In this document: positions 23,601 through 36,100 of the stretch, one piece after another | Numbering within the stretch: position 1 is the stretch's first letter | How the letters are laid out: every line of letters starts with the position of its first letter | Source of the DNA: Tubiluchus corallicola | Lineage: Eukaryota > Animalia > Priapulida | Length of the DNA stretch: 64,000 nucleotides | Reading direction: 5' to 3' | Assembly: GCA_030141605.1 (NCBI GenBank) | Contig: JAQGDQ010000222.1 | Coordinates: forward strand, 248,001 to 312,000 | Position numbers and translations under genes: made by a program | Notes under the pieces: generated by a model | Database searches by the model: none | What the model saw: the letters and a program-made list of their open reading frames with translations, nothing else | What the model was told of the DNA's origin: nothing

Positions 23601-26600
23601 TGACATTAAATTCTGACATCAAGGGGTTCAAAAAAAGATCTAAGTAGGTGCCTGTGGCTATGTTATACAGGAGACAAGCATTCATATTATATGTTTACTT
23701 CAACAAAGAAAAACAGTTAACTTGCACAAGGTATACAAATAGGACAATGGACTGGAAAGTCTGGAATGGAGATCTAATCATGTTTCTACTGATAAACTAT
23801 CCAAGGCTGCATCCTAATTGTGAATTTTACAAAACTGCATAAACCATACATGTATATGAACAACTACAAAATCATGAACTAGTGAAGTAGTAAAACAATC
23901 TCTCATTCTCTCTTGTTCGCTCTCAACCCAGACACTTACATCAGGGATTATAGTTAGGGCATCAGACTTATTTTTTTAAAATGGACCTAGAACAAACAAC
24001 ACTAGATCAATAATACTGTATTATGAAATTATTATGAAGATATAATACCATTAGTCATATAACCTCTTAATAATTTAATGATATACAACAGCATTATTAA
24101 TTTAATGACAATAAAATCCATTTTGATTGCATTAGAATACAGCACATACTACTTATTAATATTATTATATAGACATAGACATAGAACATTTATTTTCTCC
24201 ATTTGTTTGACATGACAAGTTTTTTTAAATATTACTTAATTATAGTAGTGGAGCAGGGCAGGGAAGGACCATAGGGTCATCTAGTCTCCTGCCCTGTCTA
24301 ATAATTAAATTAGTATATTAAAAGTAAATGGTGAGACTGCGGATAACAAAATCAAATAGGAAAAAAATAATAATAATAAACAGTATAAATGAAAACAAAG
24401 TATAAATGAAAACAGTATAAGTGAAAACAAAAAAATAATAAAGTTAGATGACACCAAAATCTAAACAAAACAATACAAGTAATTATGATTATTATATATA
24501 TTTTCAAATAGGGGCCTTATTGACAGGGGATTTTGACTGTATGGAGAGATAATAAGTATCAAAAAAAAAGTGTAATAGAGAAAATTTAAGAGAAAAAGTA
24601 AGTATAAGAAAGAGCAACAATTACTTAGGAGATGAGAAGAAAAAAACACACACTTGATAGCTTGCTTATTAGTCTTACAAGTTATGTATTACAGGTATAT
24701 TCATTTAGTAAGAATTTTGTGTATTTTTTGGAAGCAGAAAATAAGCTACTGCCAAAGGTATCTTTTGGCAACGAGTTCCATAATTTAACTCCTCGTGATT
24801 TTAAGCTATTGAAACCATGTCGGGTAAAAAATCTCTCCACAAAATACTGTTCATTAGAAGCAGCTCTTGTGGAGTAGGAATGTATATCAGAAACATTAGT
24901 GAAATATTCACTAAAAAGTTCGGGTAATAAACCAGCATTGAATTTATACATAAATTTGAACAACTCAAGATTGTAAATATCTCTTACTTTTAAAATTTCT
25001 AATTTTACGAACGATGGTGTAGCATGATCATATTTGCGAGCAAAAGTTATTAATTTTACTATTTTGTTTTGTTGTGTCTGTATTAATTTTTGAGTTGATG
25101 CAAAAGCTGTACCCCATGTTAAGATGGAATATTGTAAATAAGGGAAAACTAACGAATTATATAGAAGTTTCAGAATATATTGGTCAACGTGGTGCCTTAC
25201 TTTTAAAATTATTCCAGTAATTCGACTTAATTTGTATGTTATGTGTTTTATATGTGGTTCCCATGTTAATTTATTATCAATGAGTAGGCCCAAGTATTTG
25301 ATGTTGTCTGTTTCTTCAATTTTGTGTTTGTTTATTATAATATGAAATTTTGGATTATTAGCATTGTTAATTTGCTTATTGTTGATTATCATAAATTTGG
25401 TTTTTTTGTAGTTAATTGATAGCTGGTTTGCCCTCATCCACAGGTCTATTTTTTTCATTTCGTCATTAACAGATTTTTGCAGATTATTTATATTGGAGTC
25501 AGACATGAACAAATTAGTGTCATCGGCAAATATTCGGGTTCGAAAGTTGCTGCATGTGGGAAGATCGTTAATATAAATTAAGAATAGAAGAGGTCCTAAA
25601 TTAGAGCCTTGTGGCACTCCACACGATATGTGTTTATAGTCTGATGATACATTGTTAATAGATATGAATTGTTTTCTGTTAGTTAGATATGACTGAATTA
25701 GTTGCAAAGGTAGACCTCTGATGCCATAATGGTTTAATTTGGCTATTAGTATACTATGCTGTACGGTATCAAAAGCTTTTGATAAGTCTAAAAATATTCC
25801 GCAATTCAGTAATTTTTTGTCAGTGTCTAGAGAGATCGTGTCTATTAATTCGGATACAGCAAGGGCAGTTGAATAATTTTTTCTGAAACCAAACTGGTAT
25901 TTACTTAGGATATTACTTTTCACAACAAACTGGTATAATCTCTTGTAAATTAGCCTCTCAAAAACTTTTGATACTGGTGATAAGAGAGATATTGGTCTGT
26001 AATTGCCAGGTTCATGTGGAGAGCCAGTTTTATATAAAGGAATAACTTTTGCTATTTTTAATATATTTGGAAAAGTTCCAGCATTAACCGATTTATTAAA
26101 CAGTAATGTGAGTATTGGTGAAATAATTTGACTTGCAGATTTAAAAAAAGATATTGGTATATTTTGTGGTCCTGGTGATTTGTTTGAATTAAGTGTGTTT
26201 AAAAGTGTGCATGTTTCATTTTCAGTAATAGGATTAATGAAAAAAGAATTTGGGTTAGGGTTTTTTAAAAAGTCAGTAAAATTAACGTTAGGTTTAGGTA
26301 TTTTGGCAGCCATGTCAGGGCCTATATTTACAAAAAACTCATTTAGTTTACTGGCAATATCATATGTATCTGTATAGTCCACATTATTTATTGTTAACTT
26401 ACTTGGTGTTTGTCGTGTTTTTGGATTATTAGAGTTCAAACAGCGATGAGAATAATTTAAAGTCAAGCACGCCAAAATATACGTATCGTTATAAACTCTA
26501 TGTATAGTGTGTTCACTAATGATTCAGTAACTAGTGCCTGGTTACATGTACATTGTACATTGTACACTTGTATGTCGCTGCGAATAATATACGAACTGCT

Positions 26601-27164
26601 TTCTACCTTGCATAGTGGGGACATCGTGGAAAAAACGAAATTGCTAATCTAAAATCATTGTTTACCTTCGATGATTGGGGCAAAGTTAATAGCTTTTTGC
26701 CCATGGTTGCTACTTAACTGTAATCTTGATGTTGTAGATCCGGTTAAATGCAGTCACTGTTAACAAAATGCCATCGTGGTGTATAGTTAAATGAAGGTCT
26801 TTATTCTATGCTAGTAATAAATACCATTCAGGCTGGAATGGGTCATAATACATTTCAGAATGGTTTTTCTAATACTGATTTAATTATGACTTAAAGTGTG
26901 AAGCATCAGTGGCACACCTTAGTATTAATAATACCTTAGTATTAATTTGAATGAATTTCAATCACTGATAGTCCTGAACATAAATCTATTCCTATTTGAA
27001 TGTTTCTGCATCTAGGTTTAATAGCTTTACCCGACCAATGGTATTTAAAGTGATACTCAGGAAAATGAAGTTTTTTTACTACTAAACTCATACGAGAATA
27101 AGAAAAAAACGAATAAAATTTCAGGAAATCCAAAATAATACCTTTCTGTTGTGGCAGCTTCCAT
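17656..27164 (-). CDS. NAGA: Alpha-N-acetylgalactosaminidase / alpha-galactosidase (GH27), 8 coding exons, 419 aa
   Basis: Exons (minus strand) 27164-27142, 23525-23373, 22074-21900, 21215-21041, 20509-20415, 19338-19177, 18821-18624, 17934-17656 = 1260 nt in frame. Signal peptide, then [32 protein letters not shown] (nucleophile Asp), [20 protein letters not shown] (acid/base Asp), [28 protein letters not shown]. Exon 1 is inferred from a phase match and is the least certain. Confidence 0.92.
22177..22398 (-). pseudogene. Ectopic 222-bp copy of most of NAGA exon 6 plus its acceptor region, inside NAGA intron 2
   Basis: Near-identical to 19188-19409 (3 substitutions seen); truncated before the DPDM codons and the donor; bracketed by a 101-bp direct repeat (22076-22176 and 22403-22503). 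Confidence 0.9.
22558..23095. mobile_element. Second TTAA-flanked non-autonomous element with AG...CT termini (Kolobok-like)
   Basis: TTAA at 22554-22557 followed by aggaagactgga; right end reverse-complements to aggaaaaccgga, followed by TTAA at 23096-23099. The TIR is short and imperfect. Confidence 0.55.
24169..26420 (-). mobile_element. 5'-truncated non-LTR retrotransposon (CR1/L2 group) with uninterrupted RT ORF, in NAGA intron 1
   Basis: ORF 24682-26475 contains [47 protein letters not shown] and KYLG; no endonuclease domain. 3'UTR has a stem-loop (24254-24296), AATAAA (24194-24189) and a (CTATGT)n tail. The 5' end is approximate. Confidence 0.92.
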
Positions 27165-27355
27165 GTTGGATAATAAACTTACTAAACTAATCGACGAAAT
27201 GTCCATCAGGTGTCGCATCAATCACTGTGATCATGGCGGCGCATTTATTACAAAAAAACTATTGAAAATTATGATCATTGTATTTATCCGTTATAACATT
27301 TCGGCACAAAAAGGAGACGTTATGTAAAAAGTACATGCTATATAGTGGCAACTGA
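27165..27355. promoter_or_regulatory. Putative bidirectional promoter shared by the NAGA and NUBP1-like genes
   Basis: Divergent inferred start codons at 27164 (-) and 27356 (+), with 191 bp between them; YY1-like ATGGCGGC at 27233-27240. Confidence 0.65.
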
Positions 27356-29594
27356 ATGGAAAAAACTAAACAGACGTTTACTGGATGTCCTGAAACTGTT
27401 AGTACGATTGCTATATTACTATTACTTTTTTGACTCAGTGTCACTATAACATTGTTATCTTGTCAGTAATACAGTAGGACCTACAATTTATCCGGACAGT
27501 CCGACTCTAAGAGGTTTCAGCGGTTTCACATCGGCTTCTCTTGCAGTAGGCTTTTTAAGAGGTCGGAAAGGTCCAGATAATGAAACCTAGTTTTTAGCTT
27601 AGCACTCCGTACTGGGTATGTTAGCAGAAACAGGTTCGTGGCCTATGCAAAAACGGGTTGGCTATAAAAAGGCTATGTTTTATTATTCGTTGATAAACTC
27701 AGATGTAAACAGATTAGCAAACCAAGTAGAGCAAGAAAAAAGGCATAATTATTATAAAGATTGTTGGTATTCATAGATAGATTTGGAAAGAAGGACAAGA
27801 TCAAGCAAATAAAAAATGGAGAAATTAAAAAAATCAACATGGAAGAAAAGAAATAAAAAAGCTATAAATCAAAAAATATTACAGGAACAAAGATAAAGTA
27901 CAGAGAATGACAAAATTAAGATTTGTTGATGGTGAGAAATATGAGAAACAACGATATGTCAGTGAATGTGGTCTTGCAGACATAGTAAATGTACTGGAAA
28001 TTAAACTAAACATGAAAGAATTGAAATGCAATTACAAGGGAAACAAATGGGAAAATTTGCTATACCCTAAGTGCAGGATTCAAGAAGATACAACAGAACA
28101 TGCATTGAGAAAATCGCTGTTAAAGTTAGCCATTGTTTTTTGTCGCGTTTCTTTAAAACACTTTGCAACCGCACAAACGTTGGTTGCTACAGACTTTGCA
28201 GGAGCACACTGAAGTTACATTTAAAACCAGTAGATGGCTCTTCCTAATGAAAACTTGGGCTTGGCAACAGAAGAAACCGGAAGCAAAATGACGGCTTCCA
28301 GGAGCTACTATCTGAGTTTGAAAATAGGAGTTTTTTACAATTGCAGTACTAGTTTTTAGACAGAAAAATGGGTAAGGAGTCATAAATTTTAGCGTGTTTT
28401 TTGAGCAGTTTCTTGATAATTTGACACTAGAATCTGAAAGCCCAATATATTAGTGTTGGTTTTTACAAAATGAGAAAAATTGACATTTGACCAAATTTTT
28501 GGGTCATTCTTCTTTGAAGCATCATAACGTAGTTTTAACTAAACCGACTTTGGTATGCAAGCCCACAAATTATGTTTAATCACTTGTGTGGCTTCATCAT
28601 TTCACCCCACCTACATTTTTTGCCAATCTTAGCTGCAGTGGCAAATGCTGCAGAGCAAGTTTTCTTCCACTTTAGCTTTAATTCACATAGCATAAAGTGC
28701 TTAATAATTTGATCCCTAAAAAGACCTAATAAAACATCTAAAATGCAGAAAATGATTGGTTTCAGGGGTTACATTCTGGGTCCTGGTAGAGCTTACAAAC
28801 TCCCTACTAGTTCTTGACTTCTGACTGGTTTATAATGGGGTGGCAACCCTAACTTCGCTGCATGTTGAATGCGGTGTAGGTTGTGGCGCCCCTACCTTGA
28901 GGAGCTTGGGGATATTTCTACCACTTCTATTATGCACCACTGTAAACTATTTTTATTTGCACTGGATGAAGTTTCACACCAGCACAATAATCACAAACTG
29001 CAAGCACAGCCATGTGTTAGAGCCTTCAATTTGATGAAGTTAATGCATTCTCGTGGAGAAGAAGCAGTCTGGATAGGTTGGCCCAGGCAACCTGACATTA
29101 TGGATAATTAGGGTCTGGATAATCGAGGTCCTACTGCTGTGTCAATAGTCATTTTCATCTGTCTGCGTCAGAGAATGTAGATCACTGGTACATAAATATC
29201 CAGCTAAGACTTTAGTTCTAAGTCCCACTTGTAGTTCTTGCAAAAAGTCAGCATGAAAGATGCAAACACTTTTTCTGAATAAAATTGCTCAAAAGTTATT
29301 TTGCAGAATTATTCATTACGCTACTTTTATGTAGGCTCTTCAAACACTTAGTCATGTGCTTTTTTTGAATGGATAACTCAAATTGTCATAGTACAAAACA
29401 GCCAATGCCTTTTGAAGTCAGCACAAGAGTCACTAAGACATATTCATTTAGAAAAGAACATTAACCAGTCTATATGCTGGTACAAAATAGCATAATACAC
29501 AGTTTTACACCTGATTGCTTATAATTTTAATATGATTTAAAATAATTGTTCCTAGATATGCTTTGTTGTTGTTTTACAGTGTGTTGTTCAGTCC

Positions 29595-29625
<31 letters not shown>

Positions 29626-30118
29626 TCATGTTTTAACGACATACATTTTCTGTGAGTAACTGAAATAACCAGTTCTAAATTAATTAATCACTAGCAACTT
29701 ATAATCAACAATGCGCGAACATCCTACCTAGTGTTCGTTTGTTTACCTAACGCCAAGCCAGCAGCAGCAGCTTTTACTGAATTAAAGTTATAAATTTATA
29801 GTCAGAGTATAATGGATGATGTCAGAACAATGGCTTTGCGTCAGCAGTTTTCCAAGCGAAAATTGCCAAATATAGAACATCTAATTAACTCGTCGGCACT
29901 TCTCTCGGTGGATGCGTACTAAAGTATAGTCCACATCATCGTATAGCCCTGTTCCTCCTCTTTCTAAAGAGCTATATATCTCCTTTCGAGAGTCCCACCA
30001 GGCGCCACTAGAACTTTTTTTCTGCAGGTTGTTTTACTAAAATTTCGAAAACATCGGGAGTTGGGTCCGGGAAAATGCCCGTTGTGGGGCGCCGTGACCC
30101 TCTCAAATCTTATATATA

Positions 30119-30166
<48 letters not shown>

Positions 30167-33100
30167 CCAGCGAAATTAATATATAGACTAGCAAAGACCC
30201 AGCAAAAAGAATTTTGTGCATAAATGAACACACAACCCACATCACACCACCCACACCATACCAGCCCACCACACTACCCGCTCCACACCACCCACACCAC
30301 ATCGCATCCACCAGACCACCCACATCATGCCACAACACCCACACACCACACCATACCACACTACCCACCACCCCAAACCCGCCACAGTACATGGTGATCA
30401 TAATGATGACGATAATGATGATGGCAACGACGATGACAACACCTATAACATCAATACCAATACACAGCACCATAGCGAAACCACGCAAAACATTTTGCAC
30501 AACGTTGAAATTGCATGTTGTGATAAATGCTATTAGACCTATCCACCAATGATCAATAATGCATAAACATTCTACGTAATTTGATTGTAATAGACTAATA
30601 CTATAATGCTTACATTATAACAGACAGTAGCAGCTTTTACTGAAGCAAAATTATGGGTGGAGTATAATGGATGACGTCACAACAATGGCTTTGCATCAGC
30701 AGTTTTCCAAACGAAAATCACCCGAAATGGAACATCCAATTTACTCGCCACAGCTCCTCATGGTGGATGTGCCCTAAAATATAGCTGACGTCATCATGTG
30801 GCGCTGTTCTTCCTCTTCTAAAAAGCCATGTATCATCTTTTAAGAGTCCCACCAGGCGCCGCTAGGATGTTTTTTCTGCAAGCTGTTTGATCGAAATTTC
30901 GAAAAAATTGGGAGTTGGGTCTGGGAAAATGCCCATTATGGGACGCCATGGCCTCCTGCGAAATCTAGACATATCTACTACTCCCACCGTTGAACGGGCT
31001 GTCTATCTGTAGCTGGCAACGTTCCCCAGAAATAAGAGGTATAAGTTTTGCAAAAAACTGCGGTAAAAAGGCCATTTTTGGAGGTTTTTCGACCCCCATT
31101 CTTCTGGGTGGACCCGATTCAAAAAATAAACCCCCAATGAAACCACACTAGATCAAGGTCTTTCGTTTGATATATAGATCGCCGCAAATGGTGCCGTCGT
31201 TGGCACTGTAGCCTCTTTGGTAAAACAACTTAATATATATATATTAAGCCCATACCATGGAAATTAATATATACGATTACTTTCTTGATTATAATTATAC
31301 AGAGTCAAGCTGGTAGAGCAGAAGTATGCAATGAATGCCCAGGACAAGCATTGTGCAAAATACAAGGTTTGTGGCAATGTGTTTTTAGTTTTCTTAATAC
31401 TATTACTGCGGCTGACTTGGTCTGGTTTAACAGCTAAATTTGCAAGCTATATTTGTTTTTATTGATGAATTAATTACAATAGGCCAAAAAAGGAAAATCT
31501 GAGAGTTGTTTAAGCCTAAAAATATCACTGTACCTCATTAAATGCACCAGAAAGATTAAACACACTGAAAAGTTAATTGGGTGAGTCATGTTCTGTGGAG
31601 GTTGCCAAAAGATAGTCCACTTATTAACGCTTTGCTTGAATGTATTTAACCATCAAATGAACCAAGGTGTGACAGTTTGCTTACATGGAAGAACTTCATG
31701 CAAAACGATCTCAATGGAACGTCTCTAATTTCCAAGGAGATACGCATCTTTGAGAGTAGCTAAGGACGGATGCGTTGGTTGACAGTGTGATGTCCTTCAA
31801 TGACTGAACAAATATTATGATGAGTACCACACTGCCATGTATGCAATTATATTTTTTATAGAAAGATTCCTTTAAACTACTGCTTTTTATTTTTGTATGC
31901 AAATTTCCAGTTAAGAAAGTGACTTTATGACAATTGAAGCATATATAAATGTTAACGTATCAGAGCCCACCACGTTTACAGGTACGGGTGTTACTATAGT
32001 GAATGTCATGTCCACTTTGTCTAGACGTATTTAATGAGTAGTCTTTGCTGCAAGGTAACTGCGTTTTTTATACATTTCTGCATGTTGCAGCTGGTGACCT
32101 GGCCATTGGACAACCAGGCCTCGTCTCAGTGTAAATGTAGTGTTGATGCATGAATCTTGGCTTTTGGTCGAGGCTATGCCCCTAAGATGTAACACTGCCA
32201 TTAGAGGTGTTCCAGATCATAGAAGTGAATACATCCATCCTTTACGATAATATCATAGGGCCTTAAAAATCAATTATCGATAAAATTTAGATACATCAAT
32301 ATCTCTATGTTCTAGGCCACAACTTTCAATTACTAGTGCGTAATGACAAAGAAATGTTTGTACTGATTTTGTTAGCACTGATTTTAAACAACAATGAATG
32401 ACTTTGTTTCATAGGTCGGACAGATCCAGACCAGGATGATATTAACATAAGAATGAATGCCGTGAGGCATAAAATTCTAGTCATGTCAGGCAAAGGTGGA
32501 GTGGGAAAGAGCACTGTAGCTTCGTCACTGGCAATCAGATTAGGACAATGCGGAAACAAGGCATGTTAAGTAATACTACTTATTACAGGTGAAATAAATG
32601 CACATTTAATGAATTCATGTACCTTCAATTTAAAAATTTAGGCTCAGCAGTCTCAGTTCCAGTGTTTTTGTATTCATTATCTTTCTGTTATTCTACAACC
32701 TTTTTAAACAGTTTATATGAGCAAGTTCATACCATCTTAACTTATACTTAGAGAAAAACTGTAACAAAATTTTTGTTGCAACTTACTGTAATTTACTGCA
32801 ATTTACTAAATCCTTAATAATGAGTTATTGTCTTTATTCTTACACGCAGACAAACATGGTTTTAATTGTTACTGCCTTGGTTTCAGATTTTTCAAACTTT
32901 TATTGACAGGTTGGCCTTGTTGATCTTGACATCTGCGGACCAAATCAGCCGAAGCTAATGGGGGTTGATGGGCAACAAATTGTTAGTACACAATGGGGCT
33001 GGAAGCCTCTTGTGTAAGTTGTTTAAGTTACCCTTCAACTTTTCTGACAAATTTGGCCAAATGGTGACGATTGTGAAACCACAAGTGTATTCTGCAGAAC

Positions 33101-36100
33101 AAACTCATTTTAGGGAGACTTGTCTAGTTAGTATTCCATCAATTCCAGTATTCCAGTTCATTAATTTTTATAGGCTAATCTTAATAGTAGTGATGAGAAC
33201 ATCATTAAGATTAATTAATGATGGCATAAACCCCCACAATTAACAAAATTAATAAACTTGAAAGACTTTGAATTTGGGTGCCAGCTGTTAGGGATTAACT
33301 TTGGACTGCCTTGATCATGAAGGAGTATGATGACCTAGTGGTGTAAGGCATCTGCTTTGTAAACAGATGGTCCTGGTTCGAATCCAGGTTGTTCAGTTTC
33401 AACTTTTTCATATTTCCTCTCTTTCAAGTTTGGTATCAAAATTCAATTAATCGTGAATTTATACCATCATTTCATAACTCATAAGAATGCACTTTGTTTA
33501 ATAGCTGACTAGCTTATGTAATGCCAATAAATTCAGTGCATTAATCTCTGACAAAGATATGAAAAACTAAAATTGTGAAAAAATTTCAGAAGCTGTTATA
33601 ATAGTACAAATATGACCCTGTTAGAAAGTACGCTGGCATATATATTATATTTGCATTTAAAGTTTTGTCATTCAAATTGTGTAAGTGGGTGAAACAGTTG
33701 ATGCATTGACATTTCACACTTAACAATTCACATCCTCTTAACACTGACACTTCTAGTAGCAGCTGCAATTGAAATTAAAGAATTTTTTCTGAGTTGGCTG
33801 TTGTCCTTACTAGTATACCGGCAAATAATGTTTTATGTCACCTGTCTCTATGCAATGCTTGCATGTTTCTGAAATCACAGTTATTTGAACTTGTGTATTG
33901 TGTGAACCAATCACTTAAGGCAGCAACACATGTGATTGCATAAAACACTTTCAGCATCAAGCAAAAAAGTTATGAAATATACTGCTACAAGGATGACAAG
34001 CACACTTGAGAGCATTATGCATCCAGCTTACAGCAAAACTCATCCAGTAAATGTAAGAGGCTCCTTGTTTCATTTCTACTGGATGCTGGATACACAAAAA
34101 TTGTAGCTAGCATCTGTTTGTATGGAATTTGCTGCAATATTGCAAAATTTATGAACAACATTTTGATTTTCCCTCAGTATAACCAGCAGCCTGGTACATG
34201 GCGATAATGATTCGCCAGAAAGTGAATGTGATTTCACTGTACATTGTCTAAAGTGCTCTACAGTAAGCTATCCAAAGTTTCCTTTGACGTACAAGTATAA
34301 TTAAGAAGAATTCCTAATCAGCTTTTACCCGAGAGAAAGTTTGCATGTCACATTGCGGCATGATATAAGTTTGTTAATTGGACTCACCCAATAACTGCAC
34401 TTATTCTTCTTAATTGGCTTCAGAAGTCTATAGGTAGTTAAAACGTCCAAAATCTCTTCATCTTTAATTAGTTAGATCATGACTGTGATTGTTTTTATAA
34501 ACCATTGCAGTTTATTTTTATTATTATTACCCATTGCGAGTAATAAGCTGGAGAAATAAATGAGGTGCTGAAAAATTGTGGACTAGTCAGGATTTGAGCA
34601 CAAGACCTGGGATTAGTACTCACGTGCTCGAGCTACCAGTTCAACATGACAGAGCAAGCCCAAGATTTCCTGCTCACTGATTTCCTACTTTCCAAATTAG
34701 CTGGCAACTAACGATATAATCTCTTCATCTTTGTTTATGCTATTTTTGCACTCAAAAGTAGCACAGGCAAACATATTTTGTACGATGCATGATGCTGAAT
34801 ATTCTGTGTCACAGGCCTTAAAATGAATCCACATTATTTTAGCATTCATAACCATTATCATTAACAAAGAACATTTGACTTTTGGTTGCCAGTAGATATT
34901 TATTATAATTATATGCATTTCAGTTCTCCGCATGGTGCTGTTAAAGTCATATCAGTTGGATCACTGCTAGCTACTGATGACACTTCAGTTGTTTTTCGTG
35001 GCCCAAGAAAAACCCACATAGTCAAGCAGTTTTTAAAAGATGTTTTTTGGGGAAAGCTAGATTACCTCATATTTGGTAAGTCCTATTGATTTTTTTGCAA
35101 CTCTACTTCATTTTCAGCACAGATTTAAACAGCCCACCTGGTCTGTTGTTTGCATTGCTACATTGTGGCTACATATTGTAACAGCAAGTAATATGTTTCA
35201 GAACTTATGGATTTATTGTTTTTTTGCCAGATACACCACCTGGTACTAGTGATGAGCACCTTACTGTAATAAAGATTTTACAAAAGTCTAAACCAGATGG
35301 TGCTGTAATAGTCACAACACCACAACAGGTTGCCCTTGGAACTGTTCGAAAACAGATAAACTTTTGCAGAAAGATGAGGCTCAATGTTATTGGTTTAGTC
35401 GAAAATATGAATTGTTATGCCTGCCCATGTTGTGGTGTAAGTATTGCCTATAACAAGGACTACTATACAACAGGACGTGCACGCTCAGATCTCTGATTCG
35501 GCTAGCGGAGGCGATCAATTTTTAACATTTAGTGCTAATAATTTGGACATATTTACCCCCCATGGTGACCTATAGCATGCCACAATACACATAGAACATA
35601 TTCCTCATTCATCTAGTAATTTAAAAACAGTGGTACCTATGATATCCCCCCTCCCAAAAAAAACACACCATATCTGCAACTCATTGTGTCCCGATGATTA
35701 CCTGTCACTTTCTATAGAGAATAAACAGACTGCACCATTTTGTCAGGACTATATAAACTCATTCATAGGTTCCTCTGTGTAAATTAGAATACATGAAATT
35801 ATTGCACTCACCATTTTGCAGAGATGTTTGCGACAATTAGTCGGCTAGTCGCGCCTTCTTAATGGAGGTCTGGTAAAGGGCTGAGTTCTGCTGGTGATCC
35901 TTCTCCAAATTGTGTAGTCCATGCAGCAGTACATTCGCCAGGCGTCTCAGAGCATTTCTTGAAAATTCTCCAAAATCAAAGTAGGCATTGATTATGGAGA
36001 GGATGTTCATGAGCTTGTTGCAGCAGCAGACTGTGTGAGTTGACTTCTTCACAAAACACAAGCCAGTTGTTACGAATTCGAACGTGAATGTGTGGGGCAC

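Noticed and set aside
30120-30552. Pro/His/Thr-rich and hydrophobic ORFs
   Set aside because: They derive from low-complexity (CAC)/(GAT)/(TA) tracts within a repeat.
33322-33396. Functional tRNA-Thr gene
   Set aside because: Acceptor and anticodon stems have mismatches, and similar decayed heads recur (52494, ~52842, ~34590 on the minus strand), which fits a SINE.
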